Assembly: GCA_964247055.1 (NCBI GenBank)
Contig: OZ176055.1
Coordinates: 3,658,001-3,722,000 of the forward strand
DNA length: 64,000 nt
Direction: 5' to 3'
Source of the DNA: Paragordius varius
Taxonomy: Eukaryota; Animalia; Nematomorpha
Shown: positions 59,530 through 64,000 of the stretch, in pieces
Layout: every line of letters begins with the position of its first letter
Position numbering within the stretch: the stretch's first letter is position 1
Position numbers and translations under genes: made by a program
The notes under the pieces: generated by a model
What the model was told of the DNA's origin: nothing
The model's input: only the letters and a program-made list of their open reading frames with translations
Databases searched by the model: none

Positions 59530-60100
59530 CAACAATATGCCATACATAATCTCAAAGATAATAAATATCGCAAGTATCTGGGAAATCCATTCCATCCATT
59601 TAACACCCTGCCTATCTCTGAAAGGCGGAAAAATTGCCAACTCCAAACTATCAAAAATTAAATTTAAAGCATTCGATATCCCAACACTGACCTACCACCT
59701 GCGCCTTAACAATTTTAATTATCTAATCAGTAATAAACTTGGCCTATAATAAATACCTATATTTTTAAAAAAAATTGCTTTTCAAGAACGTCACGAATAA
59801 TAACTCATTTTTGCAAGAAAATATGACGCCCTTGACCCCACATGAAAGAGGATTTCCACATCTTTTGTCTGGACGCTGCATTTAAGCTTTTAAAAAGCGT
59901 AATAGGTAAAGGGGAACTCAACAACACAATAGTAAAGCTTTTAAAACACCTATCCCAACTGCCGTAATATAATTATCTTTTAGGGGATCTTAATAATCAA
60001 TGGATAAATTAACAGCAAAATTTGGACCCTGGCAAGGTCTTTCAAACCACCTCGATTGTAAAATGTGTGGCGCCCTTCCATCCATTTCAATCAGCATAGA
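59530..60100 (+). mobile_element. Degraded non-LTR retroelement fragment (tentative)
   Basis: One frame reads LKDNKYRKYLGNPF...KFKAFDIPTLTYHLRL, with a YLG motif like RT domain 7 and the downstream region. Raised GC. Confidence 0.4.
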
Positions 60101-60552
60101 TTAATGCTGTTTTAAAGCATTTAATGGTCGCCAATAAATATTAAAACAAAAAAAGATAAAGAATTTTACCATGCCAATTAGGACGTATCATGCTATGCGT
60201 TGCCCTCGAGAAAGCATTTCATCATTTTTTATTTAATGAGTGACACAAGTTTTTCAAGCAATTAAATTTTGCCTAAATCAAAACATATAATATAAAATTG
60301 ATTCCCTTTCAAAATAAAAAATAATTTCAGAGAATCAACGAGTTTGTTTTCGCCTACGACTTTCTAATTATAGCAAATGTTCAAAACTGTTATATATTCG
60401 ATCCAACCATACCATATGATAATAGAGAAGCATTAACAAATTAACCGAAACAGGGTTTAAAGTAAAAACATATATTAAAGTAGCAAGAATCACGTAGAGC
60501 GTAAAATTTTATGCAATACCAATAAGGATTTTAATTTGTTTTCTAATAAAAT

Positions 60553-60717
60553 AGGCGGTAAGCGCGAACGCAAACCGCCAACACCCACAAATTATGCGCT
60601 TAACGTATCCCAATTTGGGATAGTTATAGCCATCAGCAAAACCGAAGTGCAATGGTTAGCCTCAAACTAGGTGGTTTGCCTTCATGATCGCAAAACGCGC
60701 CCGCGCCAAGTAAGTGA
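60553..60717 (-). ncRNA. RNU1: U1 spliceosomal snRNA with variant 5' end (ACUUACUUG)
   Basis: Minus strand: tcACTTACTTG GCGC GGGCGCGTTTTGC GATCATGAAG GCAAACCACCT AGTTTGAGGCTAACC ATTGCAC TTC GGTTTTGCTGATGGCT ATAACTATCCC AAAT TGGGATACGTTAA GCGC ATAATTTGTG GGTGTT GGCGGTTTGCG TTCG CGCTTACCGCCt. It has the U1-70K loop, the U1A loop AUUGCAC, the Sm site AAUUUGUG and stem-loop IV with a UUCG tetraloop; length about 165 nt. Confidence 0.95.
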
Positions 60718-60761
60718 TTAAATATGTTAGGAATGCATATTATAACTTAATAAGTTTGTTT

Positions 60762-60781
60762 GATGGCAGGCGTTAGGCACA
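60762..60781 (-). promoter_or_regulatory. Candidate snRNA proximal sequence element (PSE)
   Basis: A GC-richer 20-mer (tgtgcctaacgcctgccatc) lies about 45-64 nt upstream of U1 +1 in otherwise very AT-rich DNA. Position fits a PSE; motif identity is unverified. Confidence 0.3.
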
Positions 60782-61569
60782 AATTATTTATAATAAATTG
60801 GTAAAAATATTTACTGCAACGTTTTAATTATGCATTAATATAATATTTAATCAATTAATAAATTCTTTGATAAAATATCAGGGTATAAATTTTTTTTTAT
60901 AAATAATTTATTTTAATAGAGGGCGCATATGTATACATTGATGTGTATATTTGCGAATGATATTTACCGAGATGTATGTTATAAACAAAAATAACAAGTA
61001 GTGGCAAATAAACAATTTTTCTCTATACTATTTTTCTTATTAAAATATATAAGGATTATTTACACTATGCGCTACTTATATATAATATTGTAAACAATAA
61101 AAAAAATCTCTGTAAAATAAGGTAAAAATAAAGTTAAGTAATTTATTCTCATTTTCGCCAAAAGCACCGCAGGATATTCTAAAAATATACAGTTGCGTAT
61201 GGCATTAAACAAAATGTTAATATAAAAAAGATGAGGATATGTTTAATACAGACAATATAAACTGTGCACATTTAATTTCTTTGCGATAGAATATTGTAAA
61301 AATAATAAAGAAACATCCAAATTTCTTAAAAATAAAACTTTCAATCCGTAATGTTAATTGGGTTATAACAACGTATGGTTATTTAACGAGTATAATACAA
61401 TAAAATAGAGATGTATGTTAAATTAAGGTAAAATATTTAATTTCGCATCCTATTAATTTTAACTAATCTGATAATTTTGTTATTATACTTGATTTAAACC
61501 GTTTTCATCATCTGAAGTTTCTAATAAACTAAGTCTTTTCTGATTCTGGGTTTCGCAACCCATTCTTTC

Positions 61570-61900
61570 TTGTCTGGCATTAAACAGGGATCTTTACTTT
61601 AATCTGTCCATGAATAAATGTTAATATCTATGGTCTTTAACAATCTGAATGTCCTCGCTTATGCTGATGACATTGTTTTGTTAACTCCTCTGACTTCATC
61701 AAGTTGATTTGAACCTGTTTGAATGTTTAATTAATGGTATTGGTCTTTTGATCAAAGTTGAAAAACGCAAAAATATTATTTCTCCTGTTAATCCGGTATT
61801 TAAGATTAGGTCAGGTGGTTGTCTGTTCCATTGAAGGTCAGTTTTTGAAATTTCTAGGTAAGCCCGTAGGTTTCAATTTCATAAATTACCGTTCCGTCTA
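61570..61900 (+). mobile_element. Degraded reverse transcriptase fragment of a non-LTR retrotransposon
   Basis: SGIKQG (61573), LNVLAYADDIVLL (about 61645-61685) and FLKFLGKPVGF (about 61845) occur in RT domain order, with stops and frameshifts. Confidence 0.75.
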
Positions 61901-64000
61901 CAGAAATTGCGGATAAAATTCATTGCTCAAATTTTCCAATATAAAATACTAGATGTCATCATAACTTTTTTCTACTTCCTTCCCACCTGAGAAATAAGGA
62001 ATTAAAGATGGTAACTGGAAATTTTTTAGATAAAAAATGACTAAAGTGTTAAAGCAATTTTGAATTCTTCCTCGGGTAACTATTTTATTTTGGATTTCGT
62101 AATAAGGGCGCGCTAATGTGACAAGATATGCTGTTTTTCGCAGTACAGTACTGGGTTTTCAGAAAAAAACTGCTCCTGTACTGCGTCCACTTTTGTACTG
62201 CTTTTTGAAATTAAAAAAATATATTTTTTATGATTAGATATTAATTGCCTTTTATTTATTCAAAAAAAATATTTCATAATTTAATATAGTACCTCTGTAA
62301 AATAACCCAATAATTTGTAAAGAAATGGTTCATTTTTAGGTAAAAAAACTAAGATTGCCCTGTTTTTAATTGGTTAATATTTTTTCTGCTAGAAATACAC
62401 ATATAATTGATATTTAAATCGGTAAAACCTCTTATGATTGCAGCCTTTCCCGCTAGGCGAAACTAAATCTCGCACCGTAATAATTAGGCTAATGGCTCTT
62501 TTACTCAAGGCTTTCGCAAAAAGATGTGCCTCAAAATTTAATAACAACATTAATTTATGATATTTTCATAAATGTTGGATCAAGTTTAGAAAGTTCATTT
62601 TTTTGTTATAATAATATCAAACGGAAAATTATGTAAAAAATTATATTTCCATAACATATTATTTAAAATTTATTATATATTACATATGATTTCGAAATAA
62701 CCTGTTTTCGTATTAAAAAATTAGGAGATTTTTACGTTTTCTATACTCATTAGGTAAGGGGTATGATATTTCTTAAATTTTTTCCTAAAATATAATTATT
62801 TTTTTCTCATTTTTTTCCATAAACAAATTTGAGATATGTTGCAGCGTACTTCTAACGGTTTTGAAGCATGATAGACACGGTATAACGCTTTAAGATATAA
62901 TAACCCTTTTTCTAAAATAATGTTGAACATTACTATAGTTTAGTATTTTAATTTAATGGTTTGTTTGCTTGCAAATTTTGGTGAATTTATTTGAAAAAAC
63001 AATAATTTAGAGTGAGAAAAAGGTACAGCATTATCGAATATATATATAAAATGTTATAACATGTCAACCCATTATATGGTTTCCTTCATGCTAAAAATAG
63101 TATATAGTACGCATCAACAAAATTTTGTTAAAAAATTAAATTTTTTGCATTTATTTAAGAATTATGATATCAAAATTTAGCATATATTTAGAATTATTGA
63201 ATGTCGGAATTTTTGTGTTTTCTTTAAGAGAACAGTCCATTAAGGTCAAAAAATTTGGGACTTTTAGAGCCACATCTAACAATTTAAAATTTTTACAAAT
63301 ATTGTTTTTCCTTTTATATGCAGTTTATAGTAGATTTTAGTGATATTTTTTGAAAAAAAGCATTTAGTATTTGAAAAAAATTGCCCACCTTTTGCAATTT
63401 TATACGGAGTACCTACCATAAAAGTGTAAATAATTCTTTAATAACTCATAAAGGTTGAAACCAAAAGCACCATAATAATCCTGATATTTTCCTATCAGAA
63501 TATATATTTTTCATCAGGATATTTTTTGTGGAAACTGTGTAATATACCACACCAATGGTGAGAAACGGGCAATGTATATTTTAATTTTGTACTGCGTCAA
63601 AGTTTAAAATATCTGGTCACATTACCCTAGGGATGCCCCTATTTAGGAACGACATTAATATATATCTTGTCGATTTCATTTTTAAATTACTTACTAGCGT
63701 GAATCCTTGTATAAGGGTTTCTGCTCTCGAGGAACTTAATGTTTAGGCTAGCTTTCGATTCAAGGGCAAATATTTGTTTGGTTATAAGAACTCTCGTGTC
63801 TTAAATCAGTTATAGATGCCAAATGGACTAGTGCGAGAATGGCGCCTTAATCTGAAATTTTTTGGTCTTTTGATGATTCTTTTCAATCAAACATTCCGAG
63901 TTTTCTGATATCCCTCAAGACAATCGCTCAGCTGTTGTTTCTAACCTCAATTCTATTAACAAAAAGTTAAAGGATACTGAGCTACATCATTTTGCTTTGC

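Overview
Very AT-rich, intron-rich animal genomic DNA; the taxon cannot be fixed from sequence alone. I reconstructed five multi-exon protein-coding genes by hand, and each model keeps its reading frame across all junctions. They are a KLHL10-like BTB-BACK-kelch gene (-, runs off the left edge), a 474-aa coiled-coil gene with a Phe-rich tail (+, possibly SIX6OS1-like), AAR2 (-), eIF5B (-, 21 exons), a full-length alpha2-class type IV collagen (+, 33 exons found) and PSMC6/Rpt4 (+, 10 exons). There is also a U1 snRNA gene (-, about 60553-60717) that the ORF track cannot show. Intergenic and intronic space holds nested DNA transposons (hAT with 8-bp TSDs, piggyBac-like and Tc1-like MITEs, Helitron-like repeats) and LINE fragments. 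The most striking signals concern splicing. (i) At least eight 23-27-nt GT-AG introns occur, clustered at gene 5' ends, alongside a separate class of 63 nt or longer. (ii) The U1 snRNA has intact, compensated stems but its splice-site-reading 5' end is ACUUACUUG instead of ACUUACCUG (C9U). (iii) A is frequent at the -1 exon position of donors. All exon coordinates are manual reads and unverified by transcript data.
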